Shown piece after piece: positions 12,400 through 25,030 of a stretch of DNA of 64,000 nucleotides. Within the stretch, counting starts at the first letter, position 1. Every line of letters begins with the position of its first letter. Under the pieces are notes generated by a model. It searched no databases and had not been told where the DNA came from. It saw only the letters and a list, made by a program, of their open reading frames with translations. The stretch comes from Octopus sinensis. Lineage: Eukaryota. The position numbers were made by a program, and so were the translations under genes. The stretch covers positions 139,934,001 through 139,998,000 of the forward strand of contig NC_042998.1 in assembly GCF_006345805.1 (NCBI RefSeq), in the 5' to 3' direction.

Positions 12400-13276
12400 T
12401 GAGGTAGTACCAAAAGGTTCCCAGAATAATTATGTTTTATAAAAAATAACTAAGTTTTAACATCATCTCCATTGAAATAGTTGCCTTCCACAGCAATACA
12501 CCAGTCCCAGCATTGCTGCCACTTTTTTGTAAGCGAGTTGAGGACCTTCTGTGATTTGCTCTTCATCTTGACAACGGTGTTAAAACAGTGACTTTTGAGC
12601 TGCATTTTCATCTTGGGGAAGAGATGGAAGCCCACAGGTGCTAAATCTGGCAGATTGGGTGGGTGTGAAAGCAACACCATGTTGTTTTTGGTGAGAAACT
12701 TATGAGTGAGGAGAGCTCAGTGACAGGGTGCATTGTTGTCATGAAATATCCAATACTTTGCACTCCACAGATCCAGTTGCTTTCACCAAATGTCCTCCCT
12801 CAAACACTTCAAAACATCGCAGTAGAACTCTCGATTGATGGTCTGGCCCTGGGGGACAAATCCTTGGTGCACAACATTGCATTTCTGGGGGTAATACTCA
12901 TGGCAAGTCTTCTTGATTACTCATTGTCTTCCAAGGACAGTCTTCTACATTTGAAGCACCCATGCCCCTCAAAACATTCCACATGACCAATTACCTTGTT
13001 GCTGTAAGCTTGCTCAATGTCACTGTAGGAGACTTCACATGTTTAATGCAAGATTTAATGTTGGCTCTTTGTTCCTGTCCATGACAAAATCACAGATTAC
13101 AGCATACATGTGATTACAAAAACACAAATTTCACAACTTGCAAACTAAACATGGCAATGTCACTCAGCACACTACCTAATGAAGGACACTGCTAGCTCTC
13201 ACTGTGCATGCAACCATGTGCTGCCATCTGTTGGTGCACTACAGAACTAGTCCAGGAATTTTTTGATACCACCTCA
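12400..13276 (-). mobile_element. Internally deleted mariner transposon
   Basis: TIR tgaggtagtaccaaaaggttcc pairs with ggaattttttgataccacctca, TA at both ends; minus-strand remnant HPPNLPDLAPVGFHLFPKMK...WDWCIAVEGNYF. Confidence 0.85.
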
Positions 13277-13744
13277 TACATACATACATGCATGCATGCA
13301 TCATAGGCTTCTTTCAGTTTCTGTATACCAAATCCACTCAAGGTTTTTGATGGGTGAAAGCTATAGCAGGAGATGACCAAGGTGTCACACAGTGGGACTA
13401 AATGAAAATAGTAAAAAATCCAAAGTAAGCCACCAGAAATGAACACTTATGAAAGTTAGAATAACTTATAAAGCCATCCACTCCAATTACATCACTATAC
13501 CAGATTCTATAATACAAACTTCGCTAGACCTACTTTTCTTATTTGGTTCCACATTCTTGTTTTCTTCACTGCTACTAAACAAACCAATTCATACTACTAT
13601 AAATTTATCTCAAAAGCAGGGACAATAAGGACTCTGGAATGAAACCTAGCTTTATGCCATGACTTTTGTGTAAAACTAGAATATTGGGAAGAAAAATCAT
13701 GTCATCACTAAATCACTTTCTAAGTTTGAAAGTTAGAAAAGGTG

Positions 13745-14125
13745 AATTAGAAAAATTAACTGGTACTTTATTTTATAGACCCCAAAAGGATGAATGGCAA
13801 AGTTGACAATGGTGGTATTTGAGTTAAGAACATAAAGAGCTTGAAGAAATGCTACAAAGAATTTTGTCTGGCATTCCAATTAGTCAGCCAGCTCACCACC
13901 TTAATAATAATGGTTTGAAATGTTGGCACAAGGCCAGTAATTCCGGTGGGAGGGGGTTAGTTGATTACATCAACCCCAGTACTCAAGTGGTACTTATTTC
14001 ATAGACTCTGAAGGGATGAAAAGTAAAGTCAACTTCGGTGGAATTTGGACCCAGAATGTAAAGACAGACAAAATACTGCTAAGCATATTGCCTGGTGTGC
14101 TAATGATTCTACCAGCTTACCACCT
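13745..14125 (-). mobile_element. Two tandem SINE-B copies
   Basis: Repeated ...aactggtactttattttatagacccc...ggatgaa...aagt...gaatttg...ccagctcaccacctt units. Confidence 0.65.
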
Positions 14126-14449
14126 TCCCCAAATTAATGATAACAAGAGCACTCAAAGTGCACAAACCTCTGCCATGGCAACACCAATGTCCTCTCACTG
14201 ATTAGCTGGAGATGGTTTTTAAAATGAGAATATCTGAAATAAACTTGACTGCTCTCACAAACAAGAATACTAAAAATGAACTTGATCGCTCTCATAAATT
14301 AAGTGAAAAAAACTGGAATAATAATTCAGACTCCTTGTCCAGTACTTCATTGATCTTAATGTTAGTCATGGGATGTGAAGGTAGTTGTGCAAGCAATGTT
14401 TGTAATGCTGCGCGTGTGTGTCATCTGCAGTAGGAACAGGGACAGTTTT

Positions 14450-14615
14450 CTCTATGAAGGCCTTTTTTAGTCTATCCACTGATATAGTGTCTTTATGACC
14501 ATTAAAGTCTATAGTGAAAAGTTTATCCATTCCTGAAAGAAAATGGAAAGAACCTACATACGGTGCTGTTAACGAAGGTTTAACAACATTGTTGCGCACA
14601 GAAACGTGAGTCCAA
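14450..14615 (-). pseudogene. Ty3/Gypsy integrase C-terminal (GPY/F module) remnant
   Basis: Minus strand WTHVSVRNNVVKPSLTAPYVGSFHFLSGMDKLFTIDFNGHKDTISVDRLKKAF fits the typical '...PYxGPF...VS(I/V)DRLKPA' integrase tail. Confidence 0.75.
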
Positions 14616-14859
14616 GAAATAAAGCTTCCTTGAAGGCAGAGCTAGAAATGCAATTGTCAAGTAGGTAAGAGGTTTTAAACAGGAGCAATATATTCAAAAT
14701 TGGTAAAACTAAAAATTGTCAAGGATAAATCAAAGTTATTATTGTTACTGATTATGTTAGTGTTATTTAATTTCTGAACAGTTTTGCTGCCGTTTAAGTA
14801 GTTTGATTTCTTTATCCACCAGTTTCTACTAAGATAGAGATGCGAGTAAAATTAATAAT

Positions 14860-15197
14860 AAAGAAATGAAAATAAAACTTTGGAAACAGCAATGCCGCCA
14901 TAACTTACATGGAAACCATGAGCGTGCTTTCAAGGGAGATAATCAGAGAAAGACTTGAAAGTCAATGTAAGATCATAATACTACATGTAAAGTGAAGTAA
15001 ATATAACAAATAAACTCGAATCCTTGTCCGGTGCTGGATTGATCCCAAAATCTAATCAGTTTGTGCCAGTCATGGAGCCAAACATCCCTGAAAGTTTCAT
15101 CTGAATCCATCCTGTGGTTCTTGAGATATCTTGCCCACGGACAAACAAACAGGACTGAAAACAATATCTCTACCTTTTCTAAGGCAGAGGTAATAAT
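14860..15197 (+). mobile_element. Non-autonomous Helentron/HINE-like element
   Basis: 3' subterminal hairpin ctctacctt-ttct-aaggcagag followed by gtaataa; (aaac)n microsatellite; body motifs such as 'aagtttcatctgaatccatcc'. The 5' boundary is uncertain. Confidence 0.5.
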
Positions 15198-15433
15198 CCT
15201 TTCTACTGGAGGTACACGGCCTCATATTTGTATGGAGGGGACTAGTTGATTATACTGACCCCAGTGTTTCACTGGTACTTAATTTATCAATCCCGAAAGG
15301 ATGAAAGGCAAAGTCAATCTTGGTGGAATTTGAACTCAGAATGTTGCAGCAGACGAAATACCACTATGTATTTTGCCTGGCATGCTAACCATTCTGCCAA
15401 CTCACCACCTTAAAATAAAAGGCTTGCTGACTG

Positions 15434-16252
15434 AAGGCAGCAAGCTAGAAGAATCATTAGCGCACCAGACAAAATGCTTTGTGACATTTCTTCCAGCTTT
15501 ACATTCTGAGTTCAATCCTTCTGAGGTCAACTCTGCCTTTTATCCTTTCAGGGTCAATAAAATAAGTACCAGTCAAGCAGCACTGGGGCTGAAGTAATAG
15601 GCTAGTCTCCCCTGCTAAAATTGCTGGCCTTGTGCCAAAATTTGAAACTGTGCCAGTATGAAACTGCTTTTCATACAAGGTTCAAATTCTACTGAGCTTG
15701 ACTTTGCCTTTCATCATTTTATGGGTCAATGAAATAAGCACTTGTTGAGCACTGAGTTTGATGTAATTGACTAGGCCCCTCACCTGAATTTGCTGGCCTT
15801 GTGCCAAAATTTGAAATCATTATTATTATGGCTGCGTACTGGCAGAATTGTTAGCATGCCAGACAAAATGCTTAGTGGCATTTTATTTGTCTTTGCATTC
15901 AGAGTTCATATACCGCTGAGGTTGGCTTTGCCTCTCATCATTTTGGGGTTAATGTAATTGACCAGCCCTCTTCCCCAAAATTTCAAGCCTTGTGCCTATA
16001 GTAGAAATAATAATAATAATAATAATAATAATAATTATTATTATTATTATTTAGGGTGGTGGATTGGCAAAATCATTAGACTCTGGGGAAAATGCTTCAC
16101 TCTGTTTGTTCCAGCTCTTTACGTTCTCAGTTCAAATACTTTCTTTCCTCCAGGGTCAATAGAATAAAGTACCAGTTAAATATTGGAGGTCAATAGACTA
16201 ATTGCGCTTCCCCTCAAAATTGCTGGCTTTGTACTTAAATTTGAAACCATTA
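15434..16252 (+). repeat. Head-to-tail array of ~4 SINE-B copies, head-to-head with a minus copy at ~15200-15410
   Basis: Repeated ggcag...gctggcagaa...gagttcaa...gcctttcatc...ggccttgtgccaaaatttgaaa units. Confidence 0.7.
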
Positions 16253-17010
16253 TTGCACAAGTGTCTGTATTTCTTACTATATATTTTTTAATGCTCTGCT
16301 TTTAAAATATCATCTTTGTAAAAGCAAGTCTATTATCTTTTATCTCTAATTTTTTACTTGTTCCAGTCATTGGACTGTGGTCATGCTGGGGCACTGCCTC
16401 GAATATTTAGCTGAATGAATCAACCCCAGTACTTATGTCTTTAAGCCTGGCACTTATTCTATCGGTCTCTTTTGCCAGACTGCTAAGATATGAGGACACA
16501 AAACACCAACACCGATTGTCAGGTGATGGTGGTGGGGCAAACACAGACATAAAGCCACACATACATAGATATACATACATATATACATATATATATACAC
16601 TCACGTTGGGCTTCTTTTAGTTTCCATGTATCAAATCCACTCTCAAGGCTTTGGTCAGCCTAAGGCTATAGTAGAAAGCACTTGTCCAAGGTGCAATGCA
16701 GTGGGAATGAACCCAGAACTATGTGGTTGGAAAGCAAGCTCCTTACCACACAGCCAGTCCTGTATTTCATCAGTCAAATGTTTATTAGATGCAGTGTATT
16801 TTTACAAAGGAATATATTTATTTGTTTTCCACTGAGAAATTAAACTTTTTCTTTCTACCTGTTTGCTCAAACTCTTGATCATCTCACTCACAGTCAAGTG
16901 AATAATTTGTGGGAGTAGGAAATAGCAGGATTTTCTGGCAAATTTATTTTGAATAGATTGATGTCCTACTCTGGGGAGGGTCTATCTGCATCAGCTTCAT
17001 TCAAATCAAC

Positions 17011-17047
<37 letters not shown>

Positions 17048-17619
17048 CTTCTTCTTCTTCTCTTCTTCTTCTTCTTCTTCTTCTTCTTCTTCTTCTTCTT
17101 CTTCTTCTTCTCATCATCATTATTCCCACCACAACCGCCACTACTGTCATTATTGTTGTGGTTGTGGTTGTTGTTGTTGCTGCTGCGTATACAATGAAAA
17201 GTTAAGCACCAGCTGTATGGATATTTATAATAGGATTAACTTTTAACATAAGGGAAATATCCCTAAATTTACTTTTCATATTTTTTTTTTACTTTTACTT
17301 TCTCAATCTTTGGTAGAAGCCATTCTCAGAATATTACAAACATGAAAATGTGTTTTGCTGTTTATTTTGTGCTGTCTTTTTAAACAAGCTGCAGAGACAG
17401 TGGTGTGGTTAAGAAGTTCACTTCACAATCACATGGTTCCAAGTTCAATCCCATGCTTATAGCACCTTAATCAAGTGTCTTCTACTATATTTCTACTATG
17501 ATCCAATACCTTGAGAGTGGAATTTGGTGACCAGAAACTGTGTGAAAGCTCATCGTGTATCATCATCACTTAGCATCCATATCTCTTGCTGGTATGAGTT
17601 ATATATATGTATATACATA

Positions 17620-17666
<47 letters not shown>

Positions 17667-17667
17667 G

Positions 17668-18103
17668 GCTCACAGGACGGCCTGGTGTGCTAACCTTGGA
17701 TCGTAGAGTGACCCAATGTTCTTGAGGAGACCTATTGAGTCAAGTACGTCAATACCAACATCAAAATGGTAATCAAATGGAAATTGTACTTAAGATACCC
17801 GTGCCGGTGATATGTAAAAAGCACCATCTAAATGTGGCTGATGCCAGCGCTGCCTGACTGGCGTCCGTGTCGGTGACATGTAAAAGCACCAACCGATCGT
17901 GGCTGTTTGCCAGTCTCCACTGGCCCCTGTGCCGGTAGCATGTAAAAAGCACTCACGGAATGATTGGTGTTAGGAAGGGCATCCAGCTGTAGAAACACTG
18001 CCAGATCAGACTGGAGCCTGGTGCAGCCTCCTGGCTTCCCAGACCCCGGTCGAACCGCCCAACCCATGCTAGCATGAAAAGCGATGTTAAACAATGATGA
18101 TGA
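17668..18103 (+). mobile_element. RTE LINE 3'-end fragment
   Basis: Same 3' UTR motifs (aaaagcacc, gttaggaagggcatccagctgtagaaac, aacccatgctagcatg) and a gatgatgat tail. Confidence 0.7.
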
Positions 18104-18409
18104 TATAACATACACACACACACACACATGCATATATGCCATAATATTATACTGTTTTCTATAGTCATATATGAAGGCTTACAATTCTGTTTACATACAT
18201 ATACTTTTATTCTTTTACTTGTTTCAGTCATTTGTCTGTGGCCATGCTGGAGCACCACCTTGAAAGGTTTTTTAAGTCAAACAAGTTGACTGTAGGACTT
18301 CTTTTTTTTTAAAGCCTAGTACTTATTCTTTCAGTCTCTTTTGCTGAACCACTAAGTTACAGGGACATAATCACTGTTTGTCAAGCAGTGATGGGGGAAC
18401 AAACATAGG

Positions 18410-18443
<34 letters not shown>

Positions 18444-19844
18444 CATACAATGGATTCCTTTCACTTTCTGTCTACTAAATCCACTCACAAGGCTTCAGTT
18501 AGCCCGAGGCTATAATAGAAGACACTTGCCCAAGGTGCTGCACACAGTGGGGCTGAACCCAGAACTATGTGGTTGGCAAGCAAACTTCTTAACTACACAG
18601 CCATTCCTGTGCCTATGTGTATATATAAAAATGGAACAAAAATGCAATAGAGGACAATAAAACATTCAGACGGATAGATGAGACAATGGTGGACCAGAGA
18701 AACAACAATTAGAAGGACAGGCAAAAAAAGACAGGTCATTTGTGGCCTTCTTTCCTCAGTCAAGTACCAGAAGTCATGACCATTTTGGGCTGTTACGCTT
18801 AAGATGGTTTGATCTAGTTGCCCCCCAAAAAGTCTAAGCTAAGAGCATTAGACCCCTTTATAAGAAAGCTAGCGAATGTGTACAGCAACAAAGACAAAAA
18901 ATGGAGAACATGGTACACAAAAAGACAAAACACAGAAAACATGGTAGACAATTGCAAATACAAGCAACAAGAAAAAAATCAACTGGTGTCTTTCAACTGA
19001 GAACGAATCCAATTGAGCTGGTGTGTATGAAGTAAAAGCCTAAGGGCAGGAACATAGGAGATGGACATAAGAGGTTTTTGGCAGTCGGCAGTCAGGCCAA
19101 GAAAGAAAGATCATGGCTGGCAGGACACCTGTCACCTGAAAGGAGGAGAGATGGGTGGGGGGCAGCAGGATTGAAGGATTAGAAAACAGTCAGAGACAAA
19201 GAGAAAGGTACAAATTGAAGACTGTCAGCATTTTTGAAGAAGACTGGTCCCTAGCTACATTTTGGCATAAAAAAATTGAGATTTGATCCAGTAGAAAAAA
19301 AAAGTTTATATCAAAATTTGTTGGAACATTATAGGAGAGTAACGCCACCAATCAAGTTTAGATCTAAATAACTTTTTTTATTTCAAAAGCAAAATATATT
19401 TATCTGAGCTTCAGTAATAGAAAAAAGCATGAATAATTTCATAATTTTGTTTCCATGCAACAAAAATTTGTATCAAAAGTGTTGTGAGGTAAAATATCAT
19501 GAAAAAATATATGTAAGGCAAAAAATTGGATTTAAGTATAATTAACTTTTTATTTTAAAAATAAACTATATTTTAATTAAGCTTAAATGATAGAGCTTAA
19601 TTCAAGGAATTTCATAATATCAATCTCATGCAAGGAAGTTTTAAAAGAAAAAGTTATGAGTGTTTGTTTCTCAAATTTGAGGGTGATAATATAGTTCTAT
19701 ACTTTTTTTACGAATATAGTTCTATAAGGGGACTTTTAATATCTGTCACAGGCATCATTGAGGTCAGGAAAAATAATCAATGACTCTGCTATTTGACACA
19801 TTATTAAATAGCATAACAGCATATCCTGGAAAAAACATGAATTA

Positions 19845-21040
19845 CATGGGAAAATGTGAGCAAGAGAAATAATATTCTTAAGATCATGAACCTGGAAAAT
19901 TACAGGATAAGTTATTACACTTGGAAAAGTTCAGGACAACTTATTACATCTGGTAAAGTACAGAACAAGAAAATTTTTACTTAAAATATTGCAGCTAAGG
20001 ATAAAATTTGAATATTAAAAATTACTTGATTTTAATTTACAAAGTAACATTATAATTAAAAAAGGTACCAACATTTTGTTAAAATATTAACACACTAAAA
20101 TACTTTAAAAAAAATGAGGGCCAGAAGTACCAATATAGCTGAAGTTTTATGCAAAGTAGAATAGTATATATGGTAGGCAAATTCATTATGTAAAAAATAG
20201 GCATTAGGTAATGATTAAAAATGTGAAGACTTGTTAATAACTCAAACAAATTTTACTGTGAATTTGTTGTTATAGGTAGATTTTATTGCAATATATAACT
20301 AATTTTGTATTATTCTATTCATTGTCTAACTAATTATGTACTACTATTATTTTTTATAACCTATTTTCAAATTTTTAATTATCAATTAATAATTTAAAAG
20401 ATGATTTTTTTAAAGTGCAAAAAATATTTTGAGTTATTTTATATTTTTAATAGAAGTAACAAGTAATAACGTGGAAGCACATGGCCTAGTGGTTAGAGCA
20501 GCGGACTCGCGGTCGAGGGATTGCAGGTTCGGATCGCAGACTGGGTGATGTGCGTGTTTATGAGTGAAACACCTAAGCTCCACATGGCTCCAGCAGAAGG
20601 TAATGGCAAACTTCTGCTGACTCTTTCGCCACAACTTTCTCTCACTCTTTTTTCCTGCATCTAGCAGCTCACCTGCAATGGACTGGCGTCCTGTCCAAGT
20701 GGGGAACCTATACGCCAATGAAACCAGGAAATCAGCCCTTATGAGCCAGGTATGGCCCAAGAAAGAACAAACAACAAGTGATAACAAATAGCAGTAATAA
20801 CTTGTAATAAAATTTTTTCTTTTAATAAAAGCTAATATTTTCTAAATCTAAGATTTAATATTCTAAATCTATTTGAAAATTTATCCTTAGCTGCAATATT
20901 TTCGGTAAAAATTTTCTTGTTCTGTACTTTACCAGATGTAATAAGTTGTCCTGAACTTTTCCAAGTGTAATAACTTATTCTGTAATTTTCCAGGTTTATA
21001 ATCTTAAGAATATTATTTCTCTTTCTTGCATTTTTCCATG
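19845..21040. mobile_element. MITE-like element with ~165-bp TIRs and TA target, carrying a nested SINE
   Basis: catgggaaaatg...gcagctaaggataaa (19845-20005) is the near-exact reverse complement of tttatccttagctgc...ttttccatg (20880-21040); TA at both flanks. Confidence 0.85.
20471..20772 (+). mobile_element. tRNA-derived SINE, family C, with target-site duplication
   Basis: Head tggcctagtggttagagcagcggactcgcggtcgagggattgcaggttcggatc (A and B boxes); (aac)n-like tail; flanked by aacaagtaataac / aacaagtgataac. Confidence 0.82.
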
Positions 21041-21074
21041 TATATATTTATGTACGTGTGCATGTGTGTGTATG

Positions 21075-21105
<31 letters not shown>

Positions 21106-22652
21106 TTATTTATGTTATAGTTTCTTTTGTGTGTATGTGTTTGTTTCCTTGTCTTGTCTTGGCATCATGTGATAGTTGTAAACAAGTGCCACCATCATGC
21201 AATCAGCGTCGTTTGTTTGCAGTCTTCAGTGAAAACATGTTTCCTGATGGGGAAATATTACCTTGCTTGTAAACAGGGGAGGGTCAGTGACAAGAAGAGC
21301 ATCCACCTGTAAAAAATCTACATCAACAAATTTCTATCAGACGAGGGCTAGCATGGAAAAGCAGATGTTAAGATGATAATGGTAGTGATGATTCTGTGTA
21401 CCTGTGTTTCATATTTATACTGGTTAGCTGGCGTTGTGTCCCTTCATGTCACATAACTTAGCCATTTGACATATAGAGATCAATCACATGATACCAGACT
21501 GAGATAAGTCCTGGAGGTGCTATAACCTGCTACAGATTCTCAAAGGCCATACCCCACATGGCTGCAGTCCTATGACTGAAACCATAAAAAGAAATAATTA
21601 AAATTAGATGTTTCCTACGGTGGTTTTCGTTTTTTTCTATAGGGTTTTCCTATTGGCTGTTTTAGTCGGGGTCACCAATTTTCCTACGGCAGTTTTCGTT
21701 TTATTACCTTAAGCTTTCTCTTAGGTTATATTATTTTATTTGTCTTTTCTCTGAGTAAGGGAGAATATAATGATTCAACGTCACTTATACTCAAGTGTTA
21801 TCATTATACCTAAAAACCCTAACTACAGTTATAACTTCATATAGACATATACGCATGGAACGCTATATTAATGACATGTATGTTGAATATTTTAATCGTG
21901 TCCTTTAAACCGCTATAAGAAACATAAATCAAAGATTACAGAAATGCATATTTATCTATGCTCAGTTGAAAAATAAACGTGAACAGAAACATTTTCTTTT
22001 TAATTATTTTTTATTATATAAATATAGCATTTTATATTATTTACAGTGAAAAAGATAACTTTGTCGTGAAGAAAAACGACTATAAATTCCTTAGCTAATT
22101 TCTTCTTTCTATCTAATACATTAACCAACAAATCAAAATAGATTTGTGATTAACTTAGACATGGCATAAAAATTACCGATGTCTCCAAAAAAGTGAGTGA
22201 CGTGGTGTTACGTGACAACCAACGGACACTGAAATATTTTCCAAAATTCAGGGTTTTTATAACTGCTCAACTTGACTAAAAAAGAATAGAAATTCATGAT
22301 AATTATTCTTTTCGAAACTTCTAGAATCTTTATATGAGCAGTTATATTAACCAATGGAAAAAAACGAAAATTATAACTCTTCGGCAAAAACATTACGTCA
22401 TATTGCCAATTCGCGCCACATTTCAAAATGGCTAAAATGGTTATTGCTACAGATGCATATACAGGCACAGGTATGGATGTGTGGTAAGAAGCTTCTTTCA
22501 TAACCACATAGTTCCAGATTCAGTCCCACTGCATGTCACCTTGGGCAAGTGTCTTCTACTATAGCCTTGGGCTGACCAAAGCCTTGTGAGAAGTTTTAGT
22601 AGATGGAAACTGAAAGAACTCTGTCATATACACACATACACACATATAGATA

Positions 22653-22864
22653 CAGGGTGGCCCAAAAGTAGGTTTACAGTTATCTAACTTTCTCTTTCAC
22701 ATTCGTATATTAATAGTTTAGATCTTAGTTATAAAAATATATGAAACCATTATTCTACACTAATTTAGTTAATTGTAAGATTGAAATTTAAATGTAATAA
22801 AATGTTTTAAAAGAAATTTAAAGTGTCTACATGATAACTGTAAACCTACTTTTGGACCACTGTG
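22653..22864. mobile_element. Tc1/mariner-type MITE (~210 bp)
   Basis: TIR cagggtggcccaaaagtaggtttacagttatc pairs with gataactgtaaacctacttttggaccactgtg; TA at the 5' end. Confidence 0.82.
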
Positions 22865-22912
22865 TGTGTGTGTATATGTATGTATATATGTGTATGTGTG
22901 TGTATATATATA

Positions 22913-25030
22913 TTTAAAAAAGGAGATGTGGAACACGAGTTGTGATATATAAAAAAAAAGGAAATGAAGAAAATGCTGACAAAATAATTTAAGTAAGGGA
23001 GAGTGTATTTAATTAGGTGAAAGTTCTTTTTACCGGTTGCGCATTTGTTATGCTTATCAAAAGATATTTTTTAAAGAGAGATAGAGTTCCTTTCTGATAG
23101 ATTTTTTTCTCTTATCTGACTTTATGTTGGGTTTGCTGTCTCTTATATGTGAAAAAAGAGGCTCCAGAGTTTTTTAAGATTTGCTTGGTTTCGCGCCTAA
23201 AATTTCTTGTGGACAATGGTCAATACAATTTTGATTGGTCATTATAAAGGGGTCACGTGAATGTTTGAATGGAGGTTGGTGTTGGGGTAAGAAAATAGGC
23301 TCCAGAGATGTTAAAATTTGGCTAGTGCCGCGCCTAAAATTTCTTATTGGTCATAATAAAGAGGTCACGTGGATGTGGTCATAATAGAGAGGTCACATGA
23401 ATGTTTAGAATGAATGTTGGTGTATGGAGTTTTCGAAAATAGCGTTGTTGAAAATTCTTATTGTTCAGGCTGGTCAGTAGACGTCATGTGGATATTTTAA
23501 ATAGCTTTTTAGCGCGTAGTTAAGGAGTGTATTTTCTGCTTGACTGAATTTGAGCTGGATAAGTAAGTTCATTTAGGACAGGAAGAGCTATATGTATGTA
23601 TGTGTGCGCGTGCACACGTGTGTGTGTGTGTGTGTGTGTGTTTATATGTATGTTGGGGCGCGTGCGTGTATATATGTGTGCGTGTGTGGGTACAATTTTC
23701 AATATTTATAGTTCTGCTGGCCTTGTGCCTGTATTGGGAAGCAACGTGTTTGTGTGAAGTCAATATTTACAGTCATTTCCAAAAAGTAGTGTTGGATGTT
23801 TTGCACCCGTATCAAATTATGTGTATGTGTGGAACCATATATTTGCGTGTGTCATGGTGTTAATATCTGGGTAAAAGTGTGTGTAGGGTGTGTGCAGGTG
23901 TAAGTGTGTTTGTTGTGGGTTCGTGTTAGGGGGATGTGTTTAGAAGTGGTCTGTATTTATTAATAAGGTGGGATTCCATGGTTATTCGCTGGGTATGAGT
24001 GGCATTGTCTTTAAATTTGTAGAGGGGAAAGATTCTAAAATTGGGATGAAGTTGTGCGGCACAGGTATCAATATGTGCACTAAGTGCTATTTTTCTGTAT
24101 TCCTGTATTTTTATTTGGGATCTGTGGACAGTCATGCGTTGGCGGAGGCTATTTTTAGTTTGGCCTATGTAGTGTTCATTACAGCCCGAGCAAGTTAAGA
24201 CATATACTAGGTTTTCTGATGCGCATGTGAAGTTGTGTTTTACTGTGAAACGTTGTCCTTGTTTAAAAAGAAATTCTGGGCCTTCTATTAGGTTGATGCA
24301 TATACCACAGTTGGGTCTATTGCATTTGTTTACTGTGGGTTTAGTTGTTGTGGTTGGCAGTACTTTGGCATTTGTTAGGATGGTTTTCAATGATTTGGGT
24401 TGCCTTTTGCTCTTTATGATTTCGTGTGTTAGGAGGATTTGGTTCATTCTATGGTCCTTTTTTAATACAGGAATGTTTTGGAGGATGGTGTCAAAAGCTT
24501 CATTGTTGAGGGGGTTGTGTGTAGAGATGTATGGTAGAGTATGGGGTTTCGATGTAACAGGTTTAGGGCGTCTAAGTTCCTGTGTGCTGAGTTTTAGGGC
24601 GCGTTGGATCCCATTGTCAATTAGTGACGTGGGGTAATCCCTGCTTGTTAATGTGTCCTTAAGTTCTTGTAGACGTAAGAGACGGGTGTTTTTATTGGAG
24701 ACTATAGTGCAAATGCTCTTGGCTAGGTTGTAGGGAATGTTAATTTTAACGTGTCTAGGGTGGCATGAATTGAAAGGGAGGTATTGCTTGGAGTCTGTGG
24801 GCTTGTAGTATATGTCTGTTTCTATTTTTTTGTTGTGAATTTTAATGAGGTTGTCGAGGAAGGGAATTTGAGGGCTGTATTCCATTGTGAAAATAATGTT
24901 TGTGTTGAGCCCATTTATAAGGGTGTGAAATTCTTTAAGCTTCTCGACGGTTTCGGGCCAAAGGATGAAGCAGTCATCAAGATATCTCTTCCAGTTCTTC
25001 TCTATGTGTGTGTGGAGAGTGGTGCCAAAT
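22913..25030 (-). mobile_element. Penelope-like element (Neptune-type), left arm, 5'-truncated
   Basis: RT C-terminal half + GIY-YIG frame, followed by ~1 kb 3' UTR/pLTR ending in a TA tract. Confidence 0.9.
23926..25029 (-). CDS. Penelope-like RT (partial) + CxxxxCxxC linker + GIY-YIG endonuclease, stop-free
   Basis: The frame extends 48 codons upstream of the listed Met and contains WKRYLDDCF (YLDD at 24973-24984); also IPFLD, DIYYKPTDS, SCHP, CNRPNCGIC, LVYVLTCSGCNEHYIGQT, ESHLINKYRPLLN. Confidence 0.88.
   Translation of the reverse strand, partial: FGTTLHTHIEKNWKRYLDDCFILWPETVEKLKEFHTLINGLNTNIIFTMEYSPQIPFLDNLIKIHNKKIETDIYYKPTDSKQYLPFNSCHPRHVKINIPYNLAKSICTIVSNKNTRLLRLQELKDTLTSRDYPTSLIDNGIQRALKLSTQELRRPKPVTSKPHTLPYISTHNPLNNEAFDTILQNIPVLKKDHRMNQILLTHEIIKSKRQPKSLKTILTNAKVLPTTTTKPTVNKCNRPNCGICINLIEGPEFLFKQGQRFTVKHNFTCASENLVYVLTCSGCNEHYIGQTKNSLRQRMTVHRSQIKIQEYRKIALSAHIDTCAAQLHPNFRIFPLYKFKDNATHTQRITMESHLINKYRPLLNTSP

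Noticed and set aside
16949-17197. Poly-Leu/Phe 'membrane protein' ORFs (also 56890-57120)
   Set aside because: Translations of (CTG)n/(CTT)n trinucleotide repeats.
18630-19210. Purine-rich repeat with CTGAGGA on the minus strand (~18753-18759), possible pLTR/hammerhead
   Set aside because: I could not assemble the stems or GAAA; probably a decayed repeat that I cannot classify.
20478-20545. tRNA gene-like sequence (also ~50050-50115)
   Set aside because: The cloverleaf pairing is incomplete and it continues into a SINE body with tail and TSD: a SINE head, not a tRNA.
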